64,000 bases of DNA from Candidatus Omnitrophota bacterium (lineage in GTDB: Bacteria > Omnitrophota > Gorgyraeia > Zapsychrales > Aceulaceae). A program made the translations under genes and the position numbers. The notes below the pieces were generated by a model. That model searched no databases and was not told the origin of the DNA. It saw only the letters and a list, made by a program, of their open reading frames with translations. Positions 39,647 through 48,907 of the stretch are shown here, piece after piece. Each line of letters begins with the position of its first letter. Positions within the stretch are counted from its first letter, which is position 1. The stretch is taken from assembly GCA_029564765.1 (NCBI GenBank), contig JAKQPK010000019.1, positions 27,919 to 91,918 of the forward strand. Reading direction: 5' to 3'.

Positions 39647-41323
39647 TCAAGACTTTGCTGTAGCCGTTGCCGGGCTGCTCTCAATGATCTCAATTGACCT
39701 GGCCAAAGCTAACGGCACATCAGCTAAGATATTTTCCATGCCGATACGACTGACAACATCGGATTTGTGCAAGATCTTGAAAACGCGCTTACTAACACCC
39801 GCAAAAACAACAAGGATCTTGCCGCGCTGGCAGCTCTCCACAAAGCGGACCAACGCGCTAACGGCCGTTGCGTCCACCGTTGGAACAGCGCTCATGCGCA
39901 AGATGATGACCTTCGGGTTCTTTTTAAATGAGGCGATCGCGTCTCGAAATTTATCCGCAGCTCCAAAAAAGAATGGCCCATTGATCTCAAAGATCTCAAT
40001 TCCCTCTGGAACTCCGGTGTATTCACGCAGGCGGTCATCTCCCGCGGCATCGTCAACCAAATGGACGTTTGTCATTTCAGCCATGCGATGCATGAACAAG
40101 AACGCTGCCAATACAACACCGACCTCGATCGCTACGGTCAGATCCACTAAAACGGTAAGAAAGAACGTCAATAGTAAAACAAGGATATCTCCTCGTGAAC
40201 TTTTCAATAAGCTGCGAAAATGACGCCACTCGCTCATGTTATAAGCAACAACTATCAAGATCCCCGATAAAGTAGCCAGAGGGATCAAGCCAGCCCATTT
40301 CGCGCAAAAAAGGAAGAGAATAAGAATGACAAGCGCGTGGACCATACCCGCAATGGGCGTACGTCCACCATTCTTAATATTCGTCGCCGTACGCGCAATA
40401 GCACCGGTCGCAGGAATCCCGCCGAACAAAGGCGAGATGATGTTCGCGACTCCCTGACTGATCAACTCCATGTTCGAACGATGCCGTGTCCCCAACATAC
40501 CATCAGCGACGACAGCGGAAAGCAAGGATTCAATACCTGCCAATAGCGCGATCGTCAAGGCGCAAGATCCCAGCTTAGCCATGGTCGCCAGATCCAGATG
40601 AGGGAGGCGCGGGAAAGGAATATGATGTGGCATGTGGCCAAAACGCGTGAAGATCGTCTCGACTGGGAGTTGCAGCCATTGAACAAGGATAGTCGTCACA
40701 ATGATCGCGATCATTGTCCCGGGAATGCGTTTTGTCACGCGCGGCCAAAAATAAATAACGCAGATCGTAAAAATGCTCAAGCCCAAAGCCCAAAAATTGA
40801 TGCTTGGCATGCTCTGGAAATATGCGAACCATTTATCGATAAAATGACTCGGAACATTGGACATGCTGAGGCCTAGAAAATCGCGTATTTGGGTCGCGAA
40901 GATAACAAGGGCGATCCCGCTTGTAAACCCAACGGTCACAGGATATGGGATATATTTGATCACATCTCCCAGGCGCAAGGCACCCATAAGGACCAGCAAA
41001 ATGCCCGCCATAAATGTCGCGACCGCAAGACCCTCATAACCATGCTGCTGAACAATCCCGAAAACAATAACAATAAAGGCCCCTGTCGGCCCTCCGATCT
41101 GCACACGGCTTCCTGATAAAAGCGATATCAGAAACCCTGCAACGAACGCCGTTATCAATCCTTGTTCCGGCTTGACGCCAGAAGCGATCGCTAAAGCGAT
41201 CGAAAGCGGAAGCGCCACGATCCCGACAACGATCCCAGCTAGAATATCATTACATAGCTGATGAAAGCTATACCCTTCCCGAAAAACTGTAATGATCTTA
41301 GGTTCAAATGTTTTCATGCGCAT
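39647..41323 (-). CDS. sulP: SulP family anion permease with STAS domain
   Basis: DILAGIVVGIVALPL..A.AIASG, GGPTGA, ESLLSA, TGAIART, GPFFFGAA STAS. Confidence 0.92.
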   Translation of the reverse strand: MRMKTFEPKIITVFREGYSFHQLCNDILAGIVVGIVALPLSIALAIASGVKPEQGLITAFVAGFLISLLSGSRVQIGGPTGAFIVIVFGIVQQHGYEGLAVATFMAGILLVLMGALRLGDVIKYIPYPVTVGFTSGIALVIFATQIRDFLGLSMSNVPSHFIDKWFAYFQSMPSINFWALGLSIFTICVIYFWPRVTKRIPGTMIAIIVTTILVQWLQLPVETIFTRFGHMPHHIPFPRLPHLDLATMAKLGSCALTIALLAGIESLLSAVVADGMLGTRHRSNMELISQGVANIISPLFGGIPATGAIARTATNIKNGGRTPIAGMVHALVILILFLFCAKWAGLIPLATLSGILIVVAYNMSEWRHFRSLLKSSRGDILVLLLTFFLTVLVDLTVAIEVGVVLAAFLFMHRMAEMTNVHLVDDAAGDDRLREYTGVPEGIEIFEINGPFFFGAADKFRDAIASFKKNPKVIILRMSAVPTVDATAVSALVRFVESCQRGKILVVFAGVSKRVFKILHKSDVVSRIGMENILADVPLALARSIEIIESSPATATAKS

Positions 41324-41520
41324 CAAACACTCCTACAGCTTATCAAATTTTTAAATAAAATATTTCTGGCTTAGATTATTCTCTATAGATATCCGAAAGA
41401 GTTCGGGAAGGAAAGCATTGTCATCACCTGCTCTACAAAAAACAGGCATCCATTTCTTTGACTAACTCTCACCTGATTGAGCCATCATAGCTCTTTTCCT
41501 CTGAGTCGTCCATTAAACAT

Positions 41521-42849
41521 TCAAGATTTCTTGCGCCAAAGATGCTTCTGGGTCTCGCTGACAAGAATATCATTCAACGCCCATAACGCAATGAGATTTG
41601 GGATCGCCATCAAAGCATTAGCGACATCCGCAAAAGACCATACAACTGGCAGTGTCGCAACAGACCCCACCATCACCGCCCCAACCCATAGATAGCGATA
41701 GAACACAATAACTCTGTGCCCCCAAAGATATTCAACAGCTTTTTCTCCGTAATATGACCAACCCAGGATCGTTGATAGAACAAACGTAAAAAGACCAATG
41801 GTAAGGATCACAGGCCCAACTATGTCAAGGCGGGCAAAAGCTGCTTTTGTGAGCGCCGCGCCGTTTAACCCATTCATCCACTGGCCAGAATTAACAAGAA
41901 CAAGACCTGTTAAAGCGCACACAACTACTGTGTCCCAAAAGGTTCCTGTTGAAGAAACAAGGGCTTGGCGAACAGGATTGCTTGTTTTTGCCGCAGCCGC
42001 AACAATAGGAGCGCTTCCCATGCCTGATTCATTAGAAAAAAGTCCTCGCGCAATGCCGAATCGCATGGCTTCTCTTAAGCCTGCACCCAAAAAGCCCCCA
42101 ACGGCTGCCTGACCTGTAAAAGCGCTAGAAATGATAAGCCCAATGGTTCTGGGTATCGTTTCCCATCCGATGACAAGAAGAGCACAGCATCCGGCAATAT
42201 AAAAGATCATCATCACGGGAACTAATCGCTCACATATACGCGTGATCGAGTGGATCCCTCCTAAAATAACAAAACCTGTAAATAATGTGATAATGCTGCC
42301 TGTGGCCCATGGTGACAGGCCAAAAGTTTCTTTAGCAAGAGAAGCGATCGAGTTCGCCTGGACAGTGTTGCCGATGCCAAAAGCGGCCACAGCGGTCAAA
42401 AACGAGAACGTAATAGCCAAACCCTTATTTTTCATGCCACGCTCCAGAACGTACATCGGCCCTCCAGACATATGTCCTTTTCGGTTGGTCACACGAAATT
42501 TTACGGATAATAAGGCTTCCGCATACTTGGTTGCAATGCCAAAAAATCCTGTCAGCCACATCCACAAGACCGCCCCTGGCCCCCCAGACGCGACAGCAGT
42601 GGCAACGCCAACGATATTTCCCGTACCGACCGTTGCTGCCAACGCTGTTGTCAGCGCGCCAAAATGGCTAACGTCCCCCTCGTCCTCATGACTCTTCTGG
42701 AACGAAAGCTTAATCGCGTAAAAAGTATACCGCTGGATGAACTTAAGGCGAAAGGTCAAGAAAACATGCGTTCCAAAAAGAAAAAACAACATGGCCGGAC
42801 CCCAAACCATGCTGCTTAAATTGCTTAAAAAATTCTCAAAAAGATCCAT
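41521..42849 (-). CDS. agcS: Alanine/glycine:cation symporter (AgcS)
   Basis: GTGNIVGVATA, GGPGAV.WMW, GGPMY, RGLFSNESGMGSA, STILGWSYYGE. Confidence 0.93.
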   Translation of the reverse strand: MDLFENFLSNLSSMVWGPAMLFFLFGTHVFLTFRLKFIQRYTFYAIKLSFQKSHEDEGDVSHFGALTTALAATVGTGNIVGVATAVASGGPGAVLWMWLTGFFGIATKYAEALLSVKFRVTNRKGHMSGGPMYVLERGMKNKGLAITFSFLTAVAAFGIGNTVQANSIASLAKETFGLSPWATGSIITLFTGFVILGGIHSITRICERLVPVMMIFYIAGCCALLVIGWETIPRTIGLIISSAFTGQAAVGGFLGAGLREAMRFGIARGLFSNESGMGSAPIVAAAAKTSNPVRQALVSSTGTFWDTVVVCALTGLVLVNSGQWMNGLNGAALTKAAFARLDIVGPVILTIGLFTFVLSTILGWSYYGEKAVEYLWGHRVIVFYRYLWVGAVMVGSVATLPVVWSFADVANALMAIPNLIALWALNDILVSETQKHLWRKKS

Positions 42850-42907
42850 AAATACTCCCGCGCTCCTGCGACGATCCGTGTACGATACAGTATTCCAAGT
42901 TCCTTAT

Positions 42908-42985
42908 ATTATAGATTGACCCCTTAGAATATCAAGAAGTGCAGAATGATTTTTTATTGACCATCCAATAAGCAGGCGCTATGAT
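42908..42985. promoter_or_regulatory. Divergent sigma70 promoters (agcS / DUF4126 gene)
   Basis: Minus strand TTGATA(42935-30)-16-TATAAT(42913-08); plus strand TTGACC(42957-62)-17-TATGAT(42980-85). Confidence 0.65.
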
Positions 42986-42994
42986 ATCTTCGCT

Positions 42995-43612
42995 ATGGAT
43001 ATGCTGCAGTCAATCGGTGTCCTATTAGGAAGCTCTTGGTCGTCTGGGATCAATCTATACATGACAACTGCGACCCTGGGCATCGCTGAAAAAATGCATT
43101 GGTTGACCCTGCCGGAAAACATGAAGGTCCTATCCCATCCTTTCGTGATCCTTGTGGCGATTTTGTTGTATGCGATCGAATTCGTTGCGGATAAAATCCC
43201 TTTTGTGGACAATGTCTGGGATTCTATCCATACGATCATTCGACCGGCTGGAGGAGCCGCGCTAGGATATCTGGCCGCGACCCCTATGGGCCCAAGCGGA
43301 CAAATTCCGATCGCTGTTCTGACCGGAGCCATTGCCGCAAGCGCGCATCTGACAAAAGCAACATCCCGCGTTGCGATCAACAGCACTTCTGTGCCCGGGA
43401 CAAATATTGTTGCCAGCGTCGGTGAGGATGCATCTGTAGGGATGATGTTCTTTTTTATTATCAAGCACCCTATCATCGCTGGGCTGATCGTCGTCTTATT
43501 CCTTATCTTCGCGGTGTGGTTCTTAAAAAAAATGTTTCGTTTTTTGAGAAAGATCTTTGGTTTCATGTTGCGCAAAGACCAGGCTGCTTCCAGTCTCTCG
43601 CAGAGCAATTAA
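42995..43612 (+). CDS. DUF4126 family membrane protein
   Basis: SGINLY, EFVADKIP.VD.VWD.IHT.IRP, S..ED, HP motifs. Confidence 0.85.
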   Translation: MDMLQSIGVLLGSSWSSGINLYMTTATLGIAEKMHWLTLPENMKVLSHPFVILVAILLYAIEFVADKIPFVDNVWDSIHTIIRPAGGAALGYLAATPMGPSGQIPIAVLTGAIAASAHLTKATSRVAINSTSVPGTNIVASVGEDASVGMMFFFIIKHPIIAGLIVVLFLIFAVWFLKKMFRFLRKIFGFMLRKDQAASSLSQSN

Positions 43613-43654
43613 TCCTTTCGCAACCCGCATAGATGAACAGAGGGCAAAACAGCA

Positions 43655-44098
43655 ATGAGCTCATTATTCTTTTTTATCAAAAACACCGCTTTCAAGATCA
43701 CAAACTTTCTGATCGGACATACGCCCTTTTTTATCTTTATATTCGGATGGTTTCTGATCATTACCGGTCTTTTGTTCTTAACACAGCCTGAAAAAGCCCG
43801 TAAAAAATTGCTTCGCCAGGGATCCTACATGGCCTTTGGGGCCATGCGCATCCTCATTATCTATATCGCGATCCTTCTCCTCGGGCTAGGATGGAGACTC
43901 TCAACTACGGCTTCGATCATGATCAGCCTGCTAGTTGTTATCCTGCTTATCAAACTATTTTTTTCACTTAAAAGAATAATTTTTAAGAAATTCGAAGAGC
44001 GATTCGCCCTGATACCGATCTCTGCCTTGAAAATTTACGCCTGGGGCCAGGTCATCGTTGGTACGCTCATGGTCATGCTGGGAAGACGCATTTGGTAG
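43655..44098 (+). CDS. Hypothetical 4-TM membrane protein
   Basis: Four hydrophobic segments; SD GAGGG; followed by a terminator. Confidence 0.65.
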   Translation: MSSLFFFIKNTAFKITNFLIGHTPFFIFIFGWFLIITGLLFLTQPEKARKKLLRQGSYMAFGAMRILIIYIAILLLGLGWRLSTTASIMISLLVVILLIKLFFSLKRIIFKKFEERFALIPISALKIYAWGQVIVGTLMVMLGRRIW

Positions 44099-44106
44099 GA
44101 GAAAAC

Positions 44107-44147
44107 AAAAAGGCCCAGATCGCTTTAAGGCGATCCGGGCCTTTTTT
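44107..44147. terminator. Bidirectional intrinsic terminator
   Basis: AAAAA-GGCCCAGATCGCT..GGCGATCCGGGCC-TTTTTT between convergent genes. Confidence 0.85.
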
Positions 44148-44155
44148 AAAAATTC

Positions 44156-44323
44156 TTACGCTTTTTTATCAGTCAAAACTAACCATAAAGCGTGAATCAT
44201 GCCTGGAAAACCAAGGCAAAGGGTCGCGACGATATTGATCCAGAAATGCGTCGTGACGCCCACCTGCATGTAAGCTGCGACAGGGGGAAGTATGATACAA
44301 AGTACGATTTTCACTATCTGCAT
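44156..44323 (-). CDS. YqaE/Pmp3 family proteolipid (55 aa, absent from the ORF track)
   Basis: Manual translation MQIVKIVLCIILPPVAAYMQVGVTTHFWINIVATLCLGFPGMIHALWLVLTDKKA with LPP, FWIN, PG.IHA motifs; SD AAGGAAGG; TTGCTT-17-TAGAAT upstream. Confidence 0.9.
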   Translation of the reverse strand: MQIVKIVLCIILPPVAAYMQVGVTTHFWINIVATLCLGFPGMIHALWLVLTDKKA

Positions 44324-44394
44324 ATTCACCTTCCTTTCTATTGTTATATTTTATTCTATGGTATGCTAACTTAAAAAGCAATGCTTTTTACCTT

Positions 44395-45210
44395 TTAAGC
44401 CGCGACTATGCAGATCTTGCGTTTGTTAGCGATCGCCAGACATTGATCCAAGTCAATAATAAGCGTTTTTCCGGCCTCAACCGCTAAGCAGGATGCTTTA
44501 ACTATGGACATATTCTTAAGCGTGCGCGGACCAATAACGGGAATATCGAAACGAAGATCCTGCTGCGGCTTGCTCATCTTGACAACGACCGCATGACCTC
44601 GCGCAATAGCTCCGCCTCGCAAAATAGCCTTATCTGTGCCCTCCATGGCTTCGATCGCAACAATCGCTTTGTCCTTAACAACGACGGTCTGCCCAACATC
44701 AATGCCACCCATCAGCTTAGCGATGGTCCGCCCAAATTCAATATCTGCCAATTCTTTCTCGCTTGGCCCGCGCCTCGTCAACGTTCCTTTGGGGGCCATG
44801 TGATCAGACAGCAAGAATGTCGAGCTTAAAAGCTCCATGCCGTTTTCTTTCAGCTTATCAGCAACAGCGGAAAAGATCGTATCCGCCTTGCGGTCTTGCA
44901 AAGCGTTAAACAAATGACGAAATTCTTCATCAATGGGAAGACGATCATTGAACAGATTCGCCGGGTTCACCTGGCCTGCCATGACAACCTGCTTGATATT
45001 TTGCGATCTTAAGAACGAAAAAAGTCGATTCAGCTCCCCGGGGCCAACCCACAACATTTGATCAACAAAAGAAGAAAGAAAAAATGAAGTGTCCCCTTTT
45101 ATGGCGACAGCGATAACTTTGTAATTCTGACGACGGGCTTGTTGAGCAAAGAGAAATGGAAATTTGCCGTTTCCGGCGATAAGGCCTAGAATTCTTTTAT
45201 CTTGCGGCAT
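44395..45210 (-). CDS. lpxI: UDP-2,3-diacylglucosamine pyrophosphatase LpxI
   Basis: LGLIAGNG.FP, DVGQT, AIEAMEGTD, QDLRFDIP.IG; TGATG overlap with lpxA. Confidence 0.92.
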   Translation of the reverse strand: MPQDKRILGLIAGNGKFPFLFAQQARRQNYKVIAVAIKGDTSFFLSSFVDQMLWVGPGELNRLFSFLRSQNIKQVVMAGQVNPANLFNDRLPIDEEFRHLFNALQDRKADTIFSAVADKLKENGMELLSSTFLLSDHMAPKGTLTRRGPSEKELADIEFGRTIAKLMGGIDVGQTVVVKDKAIVAIEAMEGTDKAILRGGAIARGHAVVVKMSKPQQDLRFDIPVIGPRTLKNMSIVKASCLAVEAGKTLIIDLDQCLAIANKRKICIVAA

Positions 45211-45983
45211 CAGCTGCATAGTCCTCGCTGTGAGGTTTGCACAAAATGTAAAAGATGCTCGATCTCAGGAGTGGAGGAAATTTGACTCTTGATCTCTTCG
45301 ACAGCTTTTGTCTTGGTCAATTGCGAGAAAAACAATATCTTGAACGCCTGTTTTAGCAAACGTACTGTGTCTGGTTTGAATCCGGAACGTTTAAGGCCAA
45401 CCAGGTTCAGCCCGTAAACGCGCGCCGGATGCCCATCGCAAGTCGAAAAAGGCGGAATGTCCTGAACGACCTTGGAGCAGCCTCCAACGATCGAAAATCG
45501 GCCAAGCCGAACGAACTGGTGGATAGCCGTCAGTCCACCGATCACAACATAGTCCTCTAAGGTAACGTGTCCTGCCAAGGTCCCCACATTAGCCAGCGTG
45601 CAGTGATCGCCAACAACACAATCATGGGCCACGTGAGAATATGCCATAAAAAGATTATGATCACCGATCTTTGTCTTTCCACCGTCCCCTGTGCCAGGAT
45701 TCATCGTAACATACTCGCGAATGATGTTGTACTCCCCGATCTCAAGATACGTTTTTTCATCTTTTTTAAATTTTTTGTCCTGCGGAATGCTTCCGATAAC
45801 AGCACCAGTAAACACTTCACAGCCCTTGCCGATCGATGTGCGTCCTTCGATGACGCAATGAGACCCGATCTTGACCTCAGAAGCCAAGATGACATCCTCT
45901 CCGATAACAGTATATGGACCGATAACGACATCTTTGGCAATATCTGTCTTAGGATGGACTACAGCTGTCGAATGGATACTCAT
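45210..45983 (-). CDS. lpxA: UDP-N-acetylglucosamine acyltransferase
   Basis: Hexapeptide repeats, PQD.K, HVAHDC, LAGHV, IHQF, GLN.VGL.R. Confidence 0.96.
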   Translation of the reverse strand: MSIHSTAVVHPKTDIAKDVVIGPYTVIGEDVILASEVKIGSHCVIEGRTSIGKGCEVFTGAVIGSIPQDKKFKKDEKTYLEIGEYNIIREYVTMNPGTGDGGKTKIGDHNLFMAYSHVAHDCVVGDHCTLANVGTLAGHVTLEDYVVIGGLTAIHQFVRLGRFSIVGGCSKVVQDIPPFSTCDGHPARVYGLNLVGLKRSGFKPDTVRLLKQAFKILFFSQLTKTKAVEEIKSQISSTPEIEHLLHFVQTSQRGLCS

Positions 45984-47320
45984 GATGACCCCTGCAAATA
46001 AGCAACATCCGTGAACGAAAACATCAGGTCAGCTTCTACGACGACCTTGTCATCGACCTTAGCGACACCTTTTACTTGGGCGATGCGCGATTTACACTTT
46101 AAGACGTCAACCTCAAAGACCAACTGATCCCCCGGCTCAACAACTTTACGGAACTTGACATTATCGATCGCCATGAACAAGGCAAGTTTATCTTTATTCT
46201 CAATATCCGTCAAAACAGCGATCCCGCCGACCTGCGCCATGGCCTCAACCATAAGCACGCCAGGCATGACAGGCTTGTCTGGAAAATGCCCTTGAAAAAA
46301 AGATTCATTAGCCGTGACATTCTTGATCGCAACGGCACGCTTTCCAGGCTGAAGATCAATGACCCGATCGACCAACAAGAAAGGATAACGATGAGGCAAT
46401 ATCTTGCGGATCCCTGTAATATCAATAGCGGTCTTTGTCGCGTAGTCATGTCCTCGCGGCGTGAACTTCTTTTCATATTTCTCGTGCTGCGCGACGATCT
46501 TCTGCAATAGCTTACGATTAAGACGATGGCCGCTCTTTACACCCAACACATGTCCGCGAACAGGCCTGCCCAGAAGGTACAGGTCACCAATAAAATCTAA
46601 AACCTTATGCCGGGCAAACTCATCTGAAAAACGTACCTTATTGTCCTTGACACCCTTATCCGTAATGACGAGCGTGTTTGTCAGGTCAGCTCCCTTTCCT
46701 AAACCCTGACTTTTCAAGGCTTGGGCTTCTGATTCCAAGCAGAATGTGCGTGAGGGCGCGATCTCCTTGCGAAAACTTTCCAGTGTGATCGCTTGGCTAA
46801 AAAATTGCGCGCCAAGACCAGGGTGAGGATAGCTCAAAAGATAGGACACCTTAAAATCTGATGCGGGTGTTATCAAAAGCGAAGAATCATTTTCTTCAAG
46901 ATAGATCGGTTCGTGAATGTCGATGAATTGCCGTTGGGCATCTTGCGGGGCTAAGCCACCCTTGGAAAGAATATCATAATAATCTTGCCCGCTGCCATCA
47001 AGGCCTGGAAGCTCTGGTCCGTTGATCTCAATGACCAGGTTATCTATCTCCAGTCCGCATAATACGGCCATCACGTGCTCAACGGTATGGACAACCGCAT
47101 CCCCTTTGGCCAAGGACGTGCACCGCGACAAGGCCTGGTCCTGGACGACATTTTGATACTCCGCTTTCACGCACGGATGATTCGGCAGGTCAACGCGAAC
47201 AAAACAAATACCGCTATTCACCGCGGCAGGCTTAAAAACGACCTTGGTTTCCTGACCAAGATGAAGCCCTTTTCCCTGAGCGCAAACTTCTTTATGAATG
47301 GTCTTTTGCTGAATGTTCAT
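45980..47320 (-). CDS. lpxC: Bifunctional LpxC deacetylase / FabZ dehydratase
   Basis: G.GLH.G, TVEH, SRTF, RHK.LD.IGD, then LPHRYPFLLVDR, FFQGHFP..PVMPGVL. Confidence 0.95.
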   Translation of the reverse strand: MNIQQKTIHKEVCAQGKGLHLGQETKVVFKPAAVNSGICFVRVDLPNHPCVKAEYQNVVQDQALSRCTSLAKGDAVVHTVEHVMAVLCGLEIDNLVIEINGPELPGLDGSGQDYYDILSKGGLAPQDAQRQFIDIHEPIYLEENDSSLLITPASDFKVSYLLSYPHPGLGAQFFSQAITLESFRKEIAPSRTFCLESEAQALKSQGLGKGADLTNTLVITDKGVKDNKVRFSDEFARHKVLDFIGDLYLLGRPVRGHVLGVKSGHRLNRKLLQKIVAQHEKYEKKFTPRGHDYATKTAIDITGIRKILPHRYPFLLVDRVIDLQPGKRAVAIKNVTANESFFQGHFPDKPVMPGVLMVEAMAQVGGIAVLTDIENKDKLALFMAIDNVKFRKVVEPGDQLVFEVDVLKCKSRIAQVKGVAKVDDKVVVEADLMFSFTDVAYLQGSS

Positions 47321-47324
47321 CGTC

Positions 47325-48359
47325 TTAGGAACTGACCTTCTTCTCTAATAGAATGATTTTTTGTTTTAATTCTTGAATGGTTTTAACATATTCCGGTAGC
47401 CGTTGCAATGCCGCATTGACTTTTTTTGCTTTCTCGTGGGGCTTCGCCGGATAACCTGAAACAAATGTTTTCGCTGGAACGGATTTTGTAACCCCAGCCT
47501 GCGCCGCGACCACAGCACCCTCACCAATGGTCAAATGTCCCGCAATGCCAGATTGGCCAGCAAGGATAGCGCCATCTTTGATCTCAACGCTACCGGAGAT
47601 CCCTGCCTGAGCGACAATGATGCAGTGGCGGCCGATGATAACATTATGCGCGATCTGAACAAGATTATCGATCTTTGTTCCCTGGCCAATAAATGTTTTA
47701 TCAAATCGGGCTCTATCCACGGTCACGTTCGCGCCGATCTCAACATCATCCTCAACAACGACTGTCCCAACTTGAGGGATCTTGTAATGAACACCTTCCA
47801 CATTGGCAAATCCGAATCCATCAGCGCCAATAACTGTTCCTGAGTGGATAATAACCTTACATCCTATGCTGACACGTTCTCGAATAACAACGTTTGGGTA
47901 AAGAAGGCACTTCTGTCCAATAACGGTTTCATGCCCGATAAAACAACCGCTGTAAATGATAGTTTCATCACCGATCACAGCCTTATTTTCGATCACGGCA
48001 TAAGCGCCAATATGAACATTCTTGCCGATCTTGGCATCCGGAGCGATGACCGCTGTTGGATGGATCCCTTTGACGCAATGCTCCTGTTCCCCTAAAACGT
48101 ACGAAACGATCTTCGCAAATGCGAGCGATGGATTGTCAACGATGATCAAATTTTTGCCGACAGCACTTAAGACTGAAGGGGCAATGATCGCTGAGGCTTT
48201 GGTCACTTCAATAAGAGGAAAATACTTCGCATTAGCGACAAACGTAATGTCCCCCTCGCAAGCTTCTTTAATACCGGAAATGCCGCGAATGACAACATGT
48301 TCATCGCCTTGGACCTTGCCTGAAAGATATTGCGCGATTTCCCTAATGGTCTTTTGCAT
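47325..48359 (-). CDS. lpxD: UDP-3-O-acylglucosamine N-acyltransferase
   Basis: [32 protein letters not shown]. Confidence 0.96.
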   Translation of the reverse strand: MQKTIREIAQYLSGKVQGDEHVVIRGISGIKEACEGDITFVANAKYFPLIEVTKASAIIAPSVLSAVGKNLIIVDNPSLAFAKIVSYVLGEQEHCVKGIHPTAVIAPDAKIGKNVHIGAYAVIENKAVIGDETIIYSGCFIGHETVIGQKCLLYPNVVIRERVSIGCKVIIHSGTVIGADGFGFANVEGVHYKIPQVGTVVVEDDVEIGANVTVDRARFDKTFIGQGTKIDNLVQIAHNVIIGRHCIIVAQAGISGSVEIKDGAILAGQSGIAGHLTIGEGAVVAAQAGVTKSVPAKTFVSGYPAKPHEKAKKVNAALQRLPEYVKTIQELKQKIILLEKKVSS

Positions 48360-48369
48360 GAATACAAGC

Positions 48370-48888
48370 TTATTTCTTTGGCGCTGCTGCGTTCAAAGAA
48401 TCCAAGATTCTCTGTGTAAGATCAAATGATTCCGCCCCATAGATCAAGACGCGATCGTTAAGAATGATATCGTATTTCTCTCTCTGCGCATAAGCTTTCA
48501 CAACGGATTCGATCTCCAGCAAGATCTCCCGTATCTTATCATCCCTGTCCTTGCGCAACTCTGTTTGTTTCTTTTGATCAAAATCCATTAATGCCTGCTT
48601 ATCTTTCTCGATCTGCTGGGCGACCTTCATGCGCTCTTCCTCTTTCAACAAAGTGATCCTTCTTTCAGCTTCTTGAATCTTAGCAACAAGGTCATTGCGC
48701 TGCTTTTTATAATCCGTACTTCTCTGCTCTAAAACTTTATCGTAATCGACTGTCTTCTGATATTTATCAAAAATAACCGTTAGATTAACATACCCAATTT
48801 TCAAAGCACTGCTCTGAGCAAAGCTCGTTTGAACAAAGCAAAGCATAAGAAAAATCATTAACCAAAATGTGCTCATACGTCGTTTCAT
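48370..48888 (-). CDS. skp: OmpH/Skp periplasmic chaperone
   Basis: Signal peptide, KIGYVN, coiled coil, YDIIL..VLIY..DLT; located between bamA and lpxD. Confidence 0.9.
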   Translation of the reverse strand: MKRRMSTFWLMIFLMLCFVQTSFAQSSALKIGYVNLTVIFDKYQKTVDYDKVLEQRSTDYKKQRNDLVAKIQEAERRITLLKEEERMKVAQQIEKDKQALMDFDQKKQTELRKDRDDKIREILLEIESVVKAYAQREKYDIILNDRVLIYGAESFDLTQRILDSLNAAAPKK

Positions 48889-48907
48889 GCGTCCTCCTTA
48901 TAAAGTT

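Noticed and set aside
41327-41520. Spacer upstream of sulP with small hairpins and a TGATGAC resembling a fluoride aptamer end
   Set aside because: The 5' P1/pseudoknot elements are missing and no glycine or other riboswitch consensus is recognisable; only an Rfam scan could rescue it
42850-42907. Possible glycine riboswitch upstream of agcS
   Set aside because: Leader is too short and lacks the GGAGA..CCGAAG..CTCTCAGG motifs
42979-43608. 209-aa minus-strand ORF
   Set aside because: Antisense to the DUF4126 gene, which has family motifs and a promoter
44169-44381. 70-aa minus-strand ORF in the track
   Set aside because: Wrong frame; the real gene is the Pmp3-family ORF at 44156-44323
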